A stretch of 63,968 nucleotides of DNA, filler included, from Octopus bimaculoides (taxonomy: Eukaryota), in assembly GCF_001194135.2 (NCBI RefSeq). It is 8 parts of 8 records of this genome, joined end to end, with 100 filler letters (N's around TTAATTAATTAA, not from the genome) between each part and the next. Parts side by side here need not be neighbours in the genome. Positions count along the whole stretch, not along the records: positions 62,584 to 63,968 come from NW_026423639.1; 7 more parts are not named here. The stretch is one strand, 5' to 3'. A program made the translations under genes and the position numbers. Positions within the stretch are counted from its first letter, which is position 1; every line of letters begins with the position of its first letter. Below are positions 63,018 through 63,968 of this stretch, piece after piece. The notes under the pieces were generated by a model, which was given only the letters and a program-made list of their open reading frames with translations, made no database searches and was not told the origin of the DNA.

Positions 63018-63644
63018 AGAGATTTAGTTCACTGGTATGAATAGGTACGCTACGTATGTGCTATAATTGGTCATCCTTTAGGTTCTATTTTCATAGCTGA
63101 GGCTGGAAGTCAGGATCCGTAGTAGGTTATATACATATATATACAGGTGTGTGCGTCCTACAACTGAGATTCCCATAACTTAGCTGTCCGGTAAAAAGCG
63201 CCCGCGGGGGGGGGGGGGTTTAATTGTTTACTTTAACACCGGGCCACCAAAACAGAACAAAACGTGTGTGATAGGTGCCAAAAAATGTGTATTAAACAAG
63301 GCGCTTCTCTCCAAGAAAATGACGCTTACTTGTAAAAGAAAAAAAATGTTAGGAAAATGGGAAATATACCCAAAATAAATGAAGTATGCAAAGAATTAGG
63401 GAGATTCAACACAAAAAACGGGCACTGGCAAATATTTGTATAAAATTTTATGAAAAGATATCCTTTTTCCTAAAGTTATGAGGGAAAAAATGAGACCTTG
63501 GGAATTTTCCCAAAGTTCTCTCCTTCGGTTCATTGGAGCAAAGTTTTCTTTTCATATTCGTTTAATACACATTTTCTAAAAATATTTATTACATTTGCTT
63601 TAGGCATAACTACAGAGTTGTACCCCCCAGACTTTGGAAGGTCA

Positions 63645-63890
63645 TGACTTTCAGAAAAATGAATATTTTTTAATGAAATTTTCTATGCATATAGTATTTA
63701 TTATGTACATTCCGAATATACAAAAATTTGGAATGGGGGTGGGGGACAATTTTCGGAAATTCCAACAGAGTCCACTTAAATTCTTCTTAACTTCCAGGAA
63801 AATGAATATTTTTTCGTGAAATTTTCTACAAATATACCTTGATATATGTACATTTCGAGCATGTAGGAATTTTGAAGGAAACAACTGCAG
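63645..63890. repeat. Imperfect direct repeat, ~143-bp period (possibly DNA-transposon subterminal repeats)
   Basis: GAAAATGAATATTTTTT..TGAAATTTTCTA...ATGTACATT at about 63654 and 63797. Confidence 0.5.
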
Positions 63891-63968
63891 GTTATTTTTG
63901 AGAAGCGTTCCCCACTCGGTGGTGTTTCGGAGCAAGTCGTCCATAATTGTTTCATTTTTCTCTATTAT

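Overview
Repeat-dense, gap-rich eukaryotic genomic DNA. The SINE families and microsatellite load look like a coleoid cephalopod, most likely Octopus (inferred from memory of these repeats, not from a database search). Almost all listed ORFs are artefacts of microsatellites or N-runs. Manual splice-site reading found two host genes the ORF track misses: the last four coding exons of a DLEC1/CFAP81-like ciliary gene on the minus strand (40556-35005, phases join into 199 aa plus stop), and one exon of a receptor guanylyl cyclase / natriuretic-peptide-receptor-like gene (57102-57211, +). The rest is tRNA-derived SINEs (at least four families), RTE, R4/Dong and other RLE LINE fragments, two Penelope-like elements, Tc1/mariner, pogo/Tigger, hAT-like and Kolobok-like DNA elements, and a degenerate tRNA-Lys(CTT). 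The best lead is a minimal type I hammerhead-ribozyme-like motif (22191-22246, minus) with a palindromic, dimer-type stem III and a swapped G3-C8 core pair; decayed canonical hammerhead motifs lie beside the Penelope fragments. Other leads: a perfect 20-bp hairpin whose extended stem pairs a candidate exon with its upstream intron, and a candidate poison exon in DLEC1. Seven 100-bp N44-TTAATTAATTAA-N44 spacers are assembly linkers, so the window may not be biologically contiguous. SINE/LINE boundaries are approximate (about 10-30 bp).
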